From an uncultured Candidatus Saccharibacteria bacterium (GTDB lineage: Bacteria > Patescibacteriota > Minisyncoccia > Phycocordibacterales > WO2-35-19), in assembly GCA_964440955.1 (NCBI GenBank), contig CAYTTP010000002.1, forward strand, positions 18,372 through 82,371: a DNA stretch of 64,000 nt, in the 5' to 3' direction. A program made the translations under genes and the position numbers. The notes beneath the pieces are model-generated. The model made no database searches and had not been told where the DNA came from. It saw nothing but the letters and a program-made list of their open reading frames with translations. Below, piece by piece: positions 1 to 9,788 of this stretch. Numbering within the stretch: the first letter of the stretch is position 1; each line of letters starts with the position of its first letter.

Positions 1-897
1 AAGTTAAAAAATAAAAATATAGAAAATATAAAAGAGGTAATACCCGAACCAGAGGCATCATTTATATCGGGGACATTGTTTGGAGGCAAACAATCACTAG
101 GTCAAGAACTTTTAGATAATTTTAAAAAAGCTGGTCTGGTACATATAATCGTCCTCTCTGGTTACAACTTGACTATCATTGCAACTGCAATCATGGGCTT
201 TACCGAAAGATTTAGTCGACGGTCTCTTGGTATCTGGATATCATTTTTGTCGCTCGTTATTTTTTCAGTAATGGTTGGTTTGGGGGCAACAATATTGCGA
301 GCACTTTTCATGGCTTCGATAGGACTCCTCGCTACCTACTTGGGGAGGCGATACGAAGCTCTTCGCGCCCTTTCGATAGCATTCATTGTTATGGTATTTT
401 GGAATCCAAAGATACTTCTTAGCGACCCATCTTTCCAATTATCATTCATGGCAACTCTCGGTCTGATATTGATTTCGCCAATTATAGAAAATTTTATTTC
501 CAAAAAAATACCAGGATTATACAAACACAAGAACATAAGAGAAATAATTGCATCCACTCTGGCCGTTCAGGTTTTTATACTTCCACTAATTATCAAAATG
601 TCTGGAATGGTTTCGGTCATCTCTTTTATAACCAACATTGTTGTTTTGCCATTCATACCAATAGTAATGTTATTCGGTTTTATAACAAGCTCTCTTGGTT
701 TCATTTCGTATTATTTGTCATGGCCGTTTGGTGTAGTCGCCTATGTCTTTGCAAAGATGATAATAATCATAACCAACGCATCAGCCTCATTGCCCATTTC
801 AATTTTAAAAACAGGATCTATCCCAATATGGGTAGTGATACTTTGGTATACTTCCTATGTATTGATTTATAAATACAAAATTCAGAGAAAAGAGTAG
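1..897 (+). CDS. comEC: ComEC/Rec2-family competence membrane channel protein; partial, reading frame open to window start
   Basis: Polytopic membrane protein with the competence-domain motif HIIVLSGYNLTII. The frame stays open upstream of the TTG at position 76 back to base 1. Confidence 0.65.
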   Translation, partial: KLKNKNIENIKEVIPEPEASFISGTLFGGKQSLGQELLDNFKKAGLVHIIVLSGYNLTIIATAIMGFTERFSRRSLGIWISFLSLVIFSVMVGLGATILRALFMASIGLLATYLGRRYEALRALSIAFIVMVFWNPKILLSDPSFQLSFMATLGLILISPIIENFISKKIPGLYKHKNIREIIASTLAVQVFILPLIIKMSGMVSVISFITNIVVLPFIPIVMLFGFITSSLGFISYYLSWPFGVVAYVFAKMIIIITNASASLPISILKTGSIPIWVVILWYTSYVLIYKYKIQRKE

Positions 898-942
898 GGA
901 ATGACTTTTTCTCATCTCTACTATATTATAACCAACGCCACG

Positions 943-1016
943 CCGCCGTAGCTCAATGGATAGAGCAGCTCCGTCCTAAGGAGAAGATACAAGTTCGATT
1001 CCTGTCGGTGGCACCA
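943..1016 (+). tRNA. tRNA-Arg (anticodon CCT)
   Basis: Manual cloverleaf: acceptor GCCGCCG pairs with CGGTGGC, D-loop AATGGATA, anticodon loop GTCCTAA, T-loop TTCGATT, 3' CCA encoded. Confidence 0.8.
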
Positions 1017-1100
1017 CTTCGCTTTTCACTGCGTTCAAGCTTCGCGGTACGAGCACAAGCCATGACTTTGAAAAATACAGGTACAAATATTTAGGCAACG

Positions 1101-1124
1101 AAAAACCGCTATAAGCGGTTTTTC
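1101..1124. terminator. Bidirectional hairpin terminator (AAAACCGCT-ATA-AGCGGTTTT) between the tRNA and hup
   Basis: Perfect 9-bp palindrome flanked by A and T runs. Confidence 0.55.
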
Positions 1125-1152
1125 GTTAAAATCTTTAGCTGTTTAAAGAGGA

Positions 1153-1434
1153 TTATTTAACAGCGTCTTTCAAAGCCTTAGCAGCACGGAACTTAGGCAC
1201 CTTCATAGCAGGGACATTTACCGAAGCGCCGGTTCGAGGGTTGCGGGCTGTTCTCGCAGCACGAGTCTTGGTAGAGAAGATACCAAGGCCAGCAATAGAT
1301 ACTTCACCACCTTTTTTAAGAGTAGAGACGATTTGATTGATAACAGTTTCCAATACTTCTTCCGCTTGAACCTTTGTACCGCCAAGCTTTTCATGGATTG
1401 CATTTGCTAGATCTGCTTTGTTCATTTTTTTCAA
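1153..1434 (-). CDS. hup: DNA-binding protein HU
   Basis: 93-aa HU/IHF-fold sequence (MNKADL...GGEVSIAGLGIF...RNPRTG). Confidence 0.9.
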   Translation of the reverse strand: MKKMNKADLANAIHEKLGGTKVQAEEVLETVINQIVSTLKKGGEVSIAGLGIFSTKTRAARTARNPRTGASVNVPAMKVPKFRAAKALKDAVK

Positions 1435-1575
1435 AAACTTAAGAACCTTATAATTCTCGACTTGCCTCCAACTTGATCAAACGGACGAGCCACGACGAGT
1501 CGCCAGTTTATCCCTCCCTGCCACAAGTATATATTAAAGGTTTTTTTGAGCAATACCTTTACAATGTGGATAATT

Positions 1576-1923
1576 TTATTGTGTGGTCAAGCTGACAATC
1601 TTACCAAAAGCAGTTGGAGAGTGGTGAGCTACTTCTGAAAGCATCTTGCGATTTAGAGAAACACCCTTCTTTTTGAGTATTCCCATAAAAACACTGTAAG
1701 ATAAACCATTTTTTTCAAGAGCGGCGTTCAAACGAACATTCCACAATCTTCGAAAATCGCCTTTTTTGTCGCGACGATGAGCAAAAGCATAAGCTCCAGC
1801 ATGGGAAATTGCTTCATATGCCTGCCTCTCCTTTTTGGAACGCCCAAAACGATAGCCTTTGACTTGGCTTAATATGTTTCTGCGTGTTTTGAGAGCATTT
1901 ACTCCTTTTTTGACTCGTGCCAT
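1576..1923 (-). CDS. rplT: 50S ribosomal protein L20
   Basis: MARVKKGV...RRDKKGDFRRLW signature; sits in the infC-rpmI-rplT operon. Confidence 0.9.
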   Translation of the reverse strand: MARVKKGVNALKTRRNILSQVKGYRFGRSKKERQAYEAISHAGAYAFAHRRDKKGDFRRLWNVRLNAALEKNGLSYSVFMGILKKKGVSLNRKMLSEVAHHSPTAFGKIVSLTTQ

Positions 1924-1937
1924 TTTTTTAAAATAAA

Positions 1938-2123
1938 TTAGATATTGTTGAGAAACCTACCCCTATCCTTGTTTTTCATTTCGATCAAGACACTGCGGCG
2001 CTTTATAAGCGTCGTATTGGTTTTGTTGCGAGCATTAAAGTGGTTTTGGCCGATCTTTCGAGTCACCAATTTACCATTTTTAGTCACCTTGATCCGTTTT
2101 GCGAAGGATTTGTTTGTTTTCAT
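1938..2123 (-). CDS. rpmI: 50S ribosomal protein L35
   Basis: 61-aa basic protein between infC and rplT. Confidence 0.8.
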   Translation of the reverse strand: MKTNKSFAKRIKVTKNGKLVTRKIGQNHFNARNKTNTTLIKRRSVLIEMKNKDRGRFLNNI

Positions 2124-2172
2124 AAGACTACTATATTTTGCACAACCAGCCTAAAATGTCAACGATTTAGGC

Positions 2173-2685
2173 TTATTTGGCCTTTTCGATCAATACCGTC
2201 AAGCCTTTAGTGCTTTTTTTGGCTGATTCGGCAATACGAAAGTCAGTAGAGATAAGTTTGAAAACCCTATCCATTCGCTCTTTTAGAAAGCTTTCATTCA
2301 TATATTTGGTGCGACCAGGCAAAAATAGGTCAATACGGACACGGTGCCCTTCGGCAAGCCATTCGGAAGCCTTTTTGGCTTTGAGGCTCAAGTCGTGGTC
2401 GCCGGTACCAACCTTTATCTGCAAACTCTTCATTTCGACAGTATGAGCCTTGGCTTTAACGCTTTTTTGTTTTTTGTTTTCAGAGTACAAAAACTTGCCA
2501 TAATCGACAATCTTAGCGATCGGAGGATTGGCATTTGGAGATATTTCAACTAAATCAAGGCCAGCCTTGGCGGCCTCCTCCAGAGCCATACTCGTAGCCA
2601 CTACCCCCATATTTTCACCTTCTGGTCCGATGAGTCTAACTTCGGAAGCCCTGATAAATTTGTTGATTCTATGATTTGTTACCAA
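2173..2685 (-). CDS. infC: Translation initiation factor IF-3
   Basis: IF-3 N- and C-domain motifs (EVRLIGPEGENMGVV; KAHTVEMKSLQIKVGTGDHD). The true start may be a non-ATG codon. Confidence 0.85.
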   Translation of the reverse strand: MVTNHRINKFIRASEVRLIGPEGENMGVVATSMALEEAAKAGLDLVEISPNANPPIAKIVDYGKFLYSENKKQKSVKAKAHTVEMKSLQIKVGTGDHDLSLKAKKASEWLAEGHRVRIDLFLPGRTKYMNESFLKERMDRVFKLISTDFRIAESAKKSTKGLTVLIEKAK

Positions 2686-2736
2686 GAAATTGCAGATTAT
2701 TTTTAATATACGGTGAATTATATCACAAAAAGTATT

Positions 2737-3936
2737 TTAGAATGGGTTTTTGGCCCCACGGATTTCAAAGTGAAGATGAATACCAGTTGCTTTACCGGTC
2801 GAACCCATAAGCGCGATCACATCGCCCTTTTGAACTTTGTCGCCGACCGAAACCTTGTTTTGGTTATTGTGAGCATAAAGAGTTTGGGTGCCATTGTCAT
2901 GTTTTATAACAATATAATTACCATAACCACCATTCCAGCTACCACTACGACTTACTATAACCTCTCCGGAAGCGGCTGCAAAAATAGGGGTATTTAGAGC
3001 GGCTGCCAAGTCAACGCCATTATAACCATGTATACCTTGAGTCCTTTTACCTACAGCAACAGGCCTCATATAATAACTATTTGATTCAATTGAAGCTTCG
3101 ACATAAACACCTGCAGAGGTTTGACTTACCGATGGCGAAGCTTCGCCATCGGGAATAATGATGGTAGTACCGACTGCAAGGGACCCACTCTCAATAAGAT
3201 TGTAGTTTTTTATATCTTCAATATCTGCTTTATACTCCTTAGCTATCGAGGAGAGGGTATCGCCATTTTTAACCGTGTAAGAGATACCGGAAATAGGTAA
3301 GATAACCAGAACTTCTCCCTCCCTTAAGGTATTTGACGATAGGTCATTGCTCCACTTTATGGTATTGACCGTAACTCCAAACATTTCGGCTATTTGAGAG
3401 AGAGTGTCGCCTTTGTGAACAACGTAAGTGCTAATTTGATCGTTTTCAGGTTTGCGCTCGATGATATTTTTTTTGCTGGACACGCCTTTTTCTTCAGCAA
3501 GAAGAGCATTGTCTTCTATTTTTATTTCAGTAGAAATTTTGCTTGGCAGGGAAGCTGCGCTCAAAAGCGCCATACTCTCAAGAGAAGATGTTTTGACAGA
3601 TTCAGCGGCATGTAATGGTCCAAACATACCGTTTATGGTGAGCGAAATCGAACCAGAGAGCGCCCCTATCAGACCAGCTGAAACCGATATTGGCAATAGC
3701 AACACTAACAAAACGAGACCTACTCTTTGGAGTGAGCTCTTTTGCATACCTCGAACCCTGAGTCTGATTTTCCTTAAAAAATAAGGGGGTTTTGACTGAC
3801 CAAAACTGAATAAGGGTAAAATAGCTTTATGGTTAATGGTAATTCCGACTTTCTGCCATTTAATGGCTCTGTAAAGCCATATTTCTGGTGGTCGGTATTT
3901 TTTGGGAACAAGAGTAATTATAACTTTTTGGAGCAC
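2737..3936 (-). CDS. Membrane-anchored peptidoglycan hydrolase: two LysM repeats plus a C-terminal M23 peptidase domain
   Basis: Two LysM motifs (YVVHKGDTLSQIA; YTVKNGDTLSSIA) and an M23 Zn motif (GVDLAA...HLHFEI). Confidence 0.85.
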   Translation of the reverse strand: MLQKVIITLVPKKYRPPEIWLYRAIKWQKVGITINHKAILPLFSFGQSKPPYFLRKIRLRVRGMQKSSLQRVGLVLLVLLLPISVSAGLIGALSGSISLTINGMFGPLHAAESVKTSSLESMALLSAASLPSKISTEIKIEDNALLAEEKGVSSKKNIIERKPENDQISTYVVHKGDTLSQIAEMFGVTVNTIKWSNDLSSNTLREGEVLVILPISGISYTVKNGDTLSSIAKEYKADIEDIKNYNLIESGSLAVGTTIIIPDGEASPSVSQTSAGVYVEASIESNSYYMRPVAVGKRTQGIHGYNGVDLAAALNTPIFAAASGEVIVSRSGSWNGGYGNYIVIKHDNGTQTLYAHNNQNKVSVGDKVQKGDVIALMGSTGKATGIHLHFEIRGAKNPF

Positions 3937-4015
3937 TTTTTCAATCTTGTGGGTGGATTAAAAATAATTCTAATTTAAAGAAACGTTTTCGAATTACTTC
4001 TGATAAGATGTACTT

Positions 4016-5953
4016 ATGCAACACCTAGAGGGGCTAAACGAAGCACAGAGACAGGCAGTCACCAAAACAGAGGGACCGCTTTTGGTGCTAGCTGGAGCAG
4101 GAGCAGGAAAGACCAAAACTATCACTCACCGGATATTGCATCTTATAAAAAATGGGGTGGCACCAGAGGAAATACTTGCCGTCACCTTTACCAACAAAGC
4201 TGCCAGGGAAATGAAGGAGCGTATTGAACACCTGCTACGGTCGGACAATCTAGTTAACCAACCGATCTCAATCACCGGAAGCCCATTTATTTCAACCTTT
4301 CATAGTCTTGGGGTACACATTATCAAAGAGCATTCGGGCCAAATAGGATTAACCAAATATTTTAGTATTTTTGATAGAGGCGACTCCAAAAAAGCAATTA
4401 AAGACGCACTTGAAAAATGGGGTTACAACCCAAAAGAGTTTGAGCCCGGCAAAATACTTGGCATCATATCCAAATATAAGGGAGATGGAGTAGATATAGA
4501 AGAATTTAGCGCCTACGAACATCGTAGCTTTTTCGAAGAAGTTGTTTATAAAGTTTGGCAAACCTACAAAGAAACACTCCAAAAAGAAAATGCCTTAGAC
4601 TTTGATGACCTACTCCTAGTCACGGCAAAAATTTTAAAAGATGAAAAAATTTCAAGTATGTACGCGCGAAGGTGGCGATACATTCACATTGACGAATACC
4701 AAGACACCAATAAGGTGCAGTACGAAATAGCAGAGAGTATTGCAAAACACCATCAAAATATTTGTGTGGTGGGTGACATAGACCAGACTATTTATTCCTG
4801 GCGCGGTGCCAATATTAGAAATATTTTAAATTTTGAGAAAGATTACCGAGATGCGAGAGTAGTGATATTAGAAGAAAATTACCGCTCAACCCAAACCATC
4901 CTCGCGGTCGCAAACCGTATCATCGAAAAAAACAAATTCCGTAAGGAAAAAATATTGGTAACCAAAAATGGAGTAGGCGAAAAAATCGGTGTTTGCGAAG
5001 CGCTCTCAGAAACTCACGAATCTCAATTTGTCGTCCAAAAAATTGAGGGTCTACGTAGTGAAGGGGTGCCTCTCTCGGAGATCGCGGTCTTGTACCGAGC
5101 CAACTTTCAATCGCGCGCTCTTGAAGAGCAGTTTTTGGCAAGCCAAATACCATACCACGTACTTGGTACCAAATTTTTCGAACGCAAGGAGGTAAAAGAT
5201 ATTTTGAGCTATTTGCGGCTCGCCATGAACCCAAAAAGTATCGTAGACTTAAAGAGAGTGATCAACACCCCAGCCCGCGGGATCGGCAAGACAACCCTGC
5301 TCAAGATAGTCGAGGGCAAAGAAGATGCACTGCCCCCAGCTATGAAAATAAAATTAAACAATTTTAATTCTCTGATTTCGCGGATAAGGGAAGTGGCGCA
5401 AAAAGAAACACCGTCACGAACCCTGTTATATATCGCCGAAGAAAGTGGTATCTTGCGAGAGTTTGGAAAATCGGAAGAAGACCAAGAAAGGGTAGAAAAC
5501 ATCAAGGAGTTGGTGGCCCTTTCAAAAAGATATGACCAACTTGCAGAAGGTGAAAGAATTGAAAAATTTATCGAGGAAACATCGCTCCTCTCCGACCAAG
5601 ATAGTGATGAAAAAGGTAAAGATGGAGTACGGCTCATGACCGTCCACGCAAGCAAAGGTCTTGAGTTTGCCTATGTTTTTATAACAGGCCTTGAAGAAGG
5701 ACTTTTCCCTCACAATAAAGACGAGGAACAAAGCAGTGAGGATAGTGAAGAGGAACGCAGGCTTTTTTATGTTGCAATCACTCGCGCCAAAAAGAAACTA
5801 TTTATGACCTACGCCCAAAGCCGAACTATTTTTGGCAGTCAAAATATAAATATCCCCTCTGAATTTTTGCTCGAAATACCCGACGAATACTTGGAAAGAG
5901 AATTCTCCGACTATCGACCGCGCCGAAAATCACTTCTCGATATAGAATTTTAA
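4016..5953 (+). CDS. pcrA: UvrD/PcrA-family ATP-dependent DNA helicase (reduced size, 645 aa)
   Basis: Walker A AGAGAGKTKTITHRI; helicase motifs TFTNKAAREM and VHASKGLEF. Confidence 0.85.
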   Translation: MQHLEGLNEAQRQAVTKTEGPLLVLAGAGAGKTKTITHRILHLIKNGVAPEEILAVTFTNKAAREMKERIEHLLRSDNLVNQPISITGSPFISTFHSLGVHIIKEHSGQIGLTKYFSIFDRGDSKKAIKDALEKWGYNPKEFEPGKILGIISKYKGDGVDIEEFSAYEHRSFFEEVVYKVWQTYKETLQKENALDFDDLLLVTAKILKDEKISSMYARRWRYIHIDEYQDTNKVQYEIAESIAKHHQNICVVGDIDQTIYSWRGANIRNILNFEKDYRDARVVILEENYRSTQTILAVANRIIEKNKFRKEKILVTKNGVGEKIGVCEALSETHESQFVVQKIEGLRSEGVPLSEIAVLYRANFQSRALEEQFLASQIPYHVLGTKFFERKEVKDILSYLRLAMNPKSIVDLKRVINTPARGIGKTTLLKIVEGKEDALPPAMKIKLNNFNSLISRIREVAQKETPSRTLLYIAEESGILREFGKSEEDQERVENIKELVALSKRYDQLAEGERIEKFIEETSLLSDQDSDEKGKDGVRLMTVHASKGLEFAYVFITGLEEGLFPHNKDEEQSSEDSEEERRLFYVAITRAKKKLFMTYAQSRTIFGSQNINIPSEFLLEIPDEYLEREFSDYRPRRKSLLDIEF

Positions 5954-5955
5954 AC

Positions 5956-6768
5956 ATGACAACTAAAAACCAAAAACCAAAAAAGAGTTTGGGACAAAAT
6001 TTTTTGAGAGATCCAAAAATCTTAAAAAAAATAGTAGCAATAGCAAATCTAAATAAAGAAGATGTGGTGCTTGAAGTAGGGCCAGGAGAGGGGCTAATGA
6101 CTCAGATGCTTTTGGATAGAGTGGGCAAGGTGATCGCGGTCGAAAAAGACAGCGATATGGTGTCGTTGTTGAGAGAAAAATTTAAAAATGAAATAATTTC
6201 TGGCCGGCTTGAGGTTGTTGAGGCCGACATCCTTAAATTTAAAATTGAAAATTTAAAATTGAAAATTATTGGAAACATTCCTTACTACATCACTGGCGCT
6301 ATCTTGCGCCATACATTTGAAACCGAGAAATTACCAACCTCGATCACCTTCGTCGTTCAAAAAGAGGTAGCGGAGAGAGTGGTAGCAAAAGACGGCAAAG
6401 AAAGCGTTTTGAGTATTTCGGTCAAAGCTTACGGCACACCGCATTTTGGCGGAGTGATCAAGGCTGGAAGCTTTTTCCCCGCACCAAAAATTGATTCTGC
6501 TATTTTACACATCTCCGACATTTCCAGGAAAAATTTTGAACAATGTTCAGAGGAAAACTTTTTCAAAATTTTGAAATTTGGATTTGCACATAAGAGAAAA
6601 ATTCTTTTAAAAAACCTTTCCGAAAGCTTCAAAATAAAAAGTGACGACTTGAGAAAAATATTTGCCGAATTAAAAATAGACGAAAAAGCGAGGGCAGAGG
6701 AAATTTCGGTCGAATCATGGAAAAAACTTGCCTCTAAAATTTTTTTAAATGGTATAATGATTGAGTGA
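5956..6768 (+). CDS. rsmA: 16S rRNA (adenine1518/1519-N6)-dimethyltransferase
   Basis: KSLGQNFL...EVGPGEGLMT SAM-binding motif, IGNIPYYIT. Confidence 0.85.
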   Translation: MTTKNQKPKKSLGQNFLRDPKILKKIVAIANLNKEDVVLEVGPGEGLMTQMLLDRVGKVIAVEKDSDMVSLLREKFKNEIISGRLEVVEADILKFKIENLKLKIIGNIPYYITGAILRHTFETEKLPTSITFVVQKEVAERVVAKDGKESVLSISVKAYGTPHFGGVIKAGSFFPAPKIDSAILHISDISRKNFEQCSEENFFKILKFGFAHKRKILLKNLSESFKIKSDDLRKIFAELKIDEKARAEEISVESWKKLASKIFLNGIMIE

Positions 6769-7613
6769 ATTTTTTACCGAGTAAAAAAATTTTGAGTTTG
6801 CTTGTCATTATTATCGCGTTTGTCGCTTCGATCATGCTCGCTTTTGGTCGAGGCACCAAACAAGTCATAAACGCGACCACTGCCCTAATACCAGGAGAGA
6901 AGATAGGTTTGCCCGAAAATCCAGGTTGGCAGGAAGACATAGAGCTATTGCAGTATAAAAGCAATTCTTCGACCACCGCTTCCACTTTTGAAGAAGAACC
7001 GACCACTTTAACCGACAGTCTCTCCCAAAGCCTCATTTCAAACTACTTGAGTATGAAGCAAAGTGGCACTTTGGATGCCGACAACGCCACCAACCTTATA
7101 GATCAGAGCCTTGAATATATTGCAAATAGTGCACCAGTTTCTCAAATTTCAAACCTTAATCTTAGCTCTAAAAACGACGTAGCAGCCATGAAGCAATACG
7201 GGGAAGACCTTGGTAAAGTACTCAAATCAAATCGGCCAAAAAACCCAAAAAACGAGCTTGAAATATTGACTGCAATCGCCACCAACAAAGACCAAAGCAA
7301 AATAAAGGAATTGGAGGAGGTAAACATGGTATATAGAAATATCTTGATAGATTTGTCTCTGATAAAAGTCCCCAAGCTGTTCGCTACCTCTCACCTAGAT
7401 ATGATAACCGGACTAAACCAAGTGAGTTCAGCCATTTCGGACATGCAAATCGTGTTAAACGACCCTATTAAGGGGGTGGTTGCCCTTGAAACCTACAAAA
7501 ATGGTTCTTATTTGTTTGCCACTCCACTTCAAGCCACTATCGCGTATCTCAAGAAAAACAATGTCGTTTATGAACAAGGTAGTGGTGGTTATTATCTACT
7601 CCACGGCTTATAA
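6765..7613 (+). CDS. Hypothetical bitopic membrane protein; first gene of the T4SS-like cluster
   Basis: Single N-terminal TM helix followed by a Ser/Thr-rich extracellular region; start overlaps the rsmA stop. Confidence 0.35.
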   Translation: MNFLPSKKILSLLVIIIAFVASIMLAFGRGTKQVINATTALIPGEKIGLPENPGWQEDIELLQYKSNSSTTASTFEEEPTTLTDSLSQSLISNYLSMKQSGTLDADNATNLIDQSLEYIANSAPVSQISNLNLSSKNDVAAMKQYGEDLGKVLKSNRPKNPKNELEILTAIATNKDQSKIKELEEVNMVYRNILIDLSLIKVPKLFATSHLDMITGLNQVSSAISDMQIVLNDPIKGVVALETYKNGSYLFATPLQATIAYLKKNNVVYEQGSGGYYLLHGL

Positions 7614-7623
7614 TTAACTCAAA

Positions 7624-8904
7624 ATGAACTGGATTTATTCAAAAATAGGCGCATCTAAAAAAATAGGAGCGTTCTTGATAGTCTTTAGTATCTTTTCTGG
7701 CATGGTCGCGCCAATATTCCCTCAAAAAGCTGAGGCTCAGTGGTTGGTTTTTGACCAAGCAAATTTCATCGAAAACCAGAGAGGAAATTGGATAAATACA
7801 CTAACATCAGCCAACACTTTGTTTGGAGGTCCGGTGAAGGAGGGTGGTATGGATGCGGTAGCCTGGATACTAGCCAACTTGGTCATAGAACGCATTGCGG
7901 CAAGCACTGTCACCTGGATCAATAGCGGCTTCAAAGGAAGTCCAGCCTTCATCACCGACCCAGGCGCATATTTCAAGGACTTGGGCGACAAAATAGCAGG
8001 GGAGGCGATCATGAGTGGCGACTTTAGGTTTTTGTGCGGTAACTTAAATGCCAAAGTGCGGATCGCTCTTGCCCGCGGCTACATCGGCGAGCGAAATTTT
8101 TCCTGCAAACTCTCGACTGTTGAAGGTAACCTCGAAAACTTCATGAATGATTTTAATCGAGGCGGCTGGGATAAGTTTTTCATATTAAGCCAGGACCAAA
8201 CTCAAAACCCACTTGGTATATATATCCAAGCGGAAGGCGACTTGGCTCGACGAATCGCTGACCAAGTAGGACTCAAAAACCAAGAATTAGCTTGGGGTAA
8301 AGGCTTTTTGTCTTTCAAAAAGTGTGCTTCCTGGTCCGGAGCACCGACCGCCACCGATGATCCAAATTTATATGACGAAAATGGCATACCAACAGCAGGT
8401 AGCCCACAGAGGCAATGTAATAGGGAAGAAATAGTAACCCCGGGCGATGTTATTTCAACACAATTAAACGATGTGCTTGGTATTGGCAACGACAAGCTTG
8501 CAGTAGCTGACGAAATAAACGAAATCGTAAGTGCTCTTTTAAATCAGCTTGTAAGCCAAGTTGTTGGCGGTATTGGTAAAGGCTTGCGTGGTCTTTCACA
8601 ACCAAACTCTTCAAACAATAATAGGGCCTTTATTGATCAATTAGCCAACCGAAACCCTGGCGACACCATTGTTGGCTACTTCTGCCTCGACAAACCAACC
8701 GACCCAGGCTACGACCCAACCGGCCAAACCTGCCAAAATCCTGATACACCAGACACATCTATTATCAACCTTCCTCCTCCATATATACCACCAGTAGACA
8801 CTTCCACCTCAACCAACCCAAGCATAAACCCAATAAGCCCACAGGAATACTGCAACCGAAACCCTAACGACGAAAATTGTCGTAATGACAGGTTGAATAT
8901 GTAA
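7624..8904 (+). CDS. Hypothetical secreted protein with a Pro/Thr-rich C-terminus (T4SS-locus associated)
   Basis: Signal peptide/TM at the N-terminus; C-terminal PPPYIPPVDTSTSTNP low-complexity tail. Confidence 0.35.
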   Translation: MNWIYSKIGASKKIGAFLIVFSIFSGMVAPIFPQKAEAQWLVFDQANFIENQRGNWINTLTSANTLFGGPVKEGGMDAVAWILANLVIERIAASTVTWINSGFKGSPAFITDPGAYFKDLGDKIAGEAIMSGDFRFLCGNLNAKVRIALARGYIGERNFSCKLSTVEGNLENFMNDFNRGGWDKFFILSQDQTQNPLGIYIQAEGDLARRIADQVGLKNQELAWGKGFLSFKKCASWSGAPTATDDPNLYDENGIPTAGSPQRQCNREEIVTPGDVISTQLNDVLGIGNDKLAVADEINEIVSALLNQLVSQVVGGIGKGLRGLSQPNSSNNNRAFIDQLANRNPGDTIVGYFCLDKPTDPGYDPTGQTCQNPDTPDTSIINLPPPYIPPVDTSTSTNPSINPISPQEYCNRNPNDENCRNDRLNM

Positions 8905-8923
8905 TTAAAAATAACAAACCGAC

Positions 8924-9775
8924 ATGAAAATACACTTCCAAAAAATAATTTTCCTAGGACTTCTATCCTTCATGGCTCCATCTTTGGTAAACGCCCAAAG
9001 CGCCGACGTATCAAACTGCCTTGGAGCAGTAGTAAACGGTGTTTGTAATGCAAACATATCCGTTAGTGTTTGTGCAAACGGTTCAACATTTGAGCAGCCC
9101 GACGGCACCATAACCTGCCAAGTACCAATAAACGGTCAGTGGGTAGTAGCCAGTTTCAATGAAAAAGTAGGTACTATAAGGACACCGATCGTAACCTCAA
9201 GCCCCGACTGTGCCGGACCAGTGGTAAACGGTGTTTGTCGAACCGAAATCGCAAATGCCCAAAATAACTGCATCGCAGGCACTATACAAACTGACGCAAG
9301 TGGCAACCGTTCCTGTCAAGTTTTGCTAAATGGCCAATACACAACAACAAACATCTGTACTGGTACCGAGACAACAGGCCCATGTCGAGCGGAGCGCATC
9401 AATCTGCAAGCAGCTCTCGAAGCAGCACGCCAAATGAGCCTTGCAACCGGTAGGCAGTGTCGAGCCGAGTTTAGTTCCTTTCCGACAATCGACATAAATA
9501 CCGGTCTATCAAATGGTTTTTATCAAACTCTCTGTGAGGGCGACTTTGGCTTCAACCCAACCGACTATGCAAATGGTATAGGTCCGGTAAGACCAACCAC
9601 TCCGTCTCAAGGTACTAGACCAACCAACATACCCGAGAGCACCCGTCCGGAAAACACCGGAGGTATGACAACGATAAATGTAGGCGCGAGTACCAACAGC
9701 GCTTATATTTCCGGACTCATGGAAATAATAAACCGCTTTCTCGAAAACGCCCGCCGATTGTATGGGACACGATAG
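8924..9775 (+). CDS. Cysteine-rich secreted protein with an internal tandem duplication
   Basis: Signal peptide; repeated module VVNGVC...C...CQV..NGQ appears twice. Confidence 0.4.
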   Translation: MKIHFQKIIFLGLLSFMAPSLVNAQSADVSNCLGAVVNGVCNANISVSVCANGSTFEQPDGTITCQVPINGQWVVASFNEKVGTIRTPIVTSSPDCAGPVVNGVCRTEIANAQNNCIAGTIQTDASGNRSCQVLLNGQYTTTNICTGTETTGPCRAERINLQAALEAARQMSLATGRQCRAEFSSFPTIDINTGLSNGFYQTLCEGDFGFNPTDYANGIGPVRPTTPSQGTRPTNIPESTRPENTGGMTTINVGASTNSAYISGLMEIINRFLENARRLYGTR

Positions 9776-9788
9776 TGCAAAAAAATGA

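Noticed and set aside
1435-1575. GC-richer segment between rplT and hup as a riboswitch or leader
   Set aside because: It contains only short direct repeats (GACGAG) and no convincing conserved structure. It is probably an ordinary UTR.
5209-5655. 148-aa antisense ORF inside pcrA
   Set aside because: It lies inside a strongly conserved helicase gene and has a Ser/Leu-rich composition.
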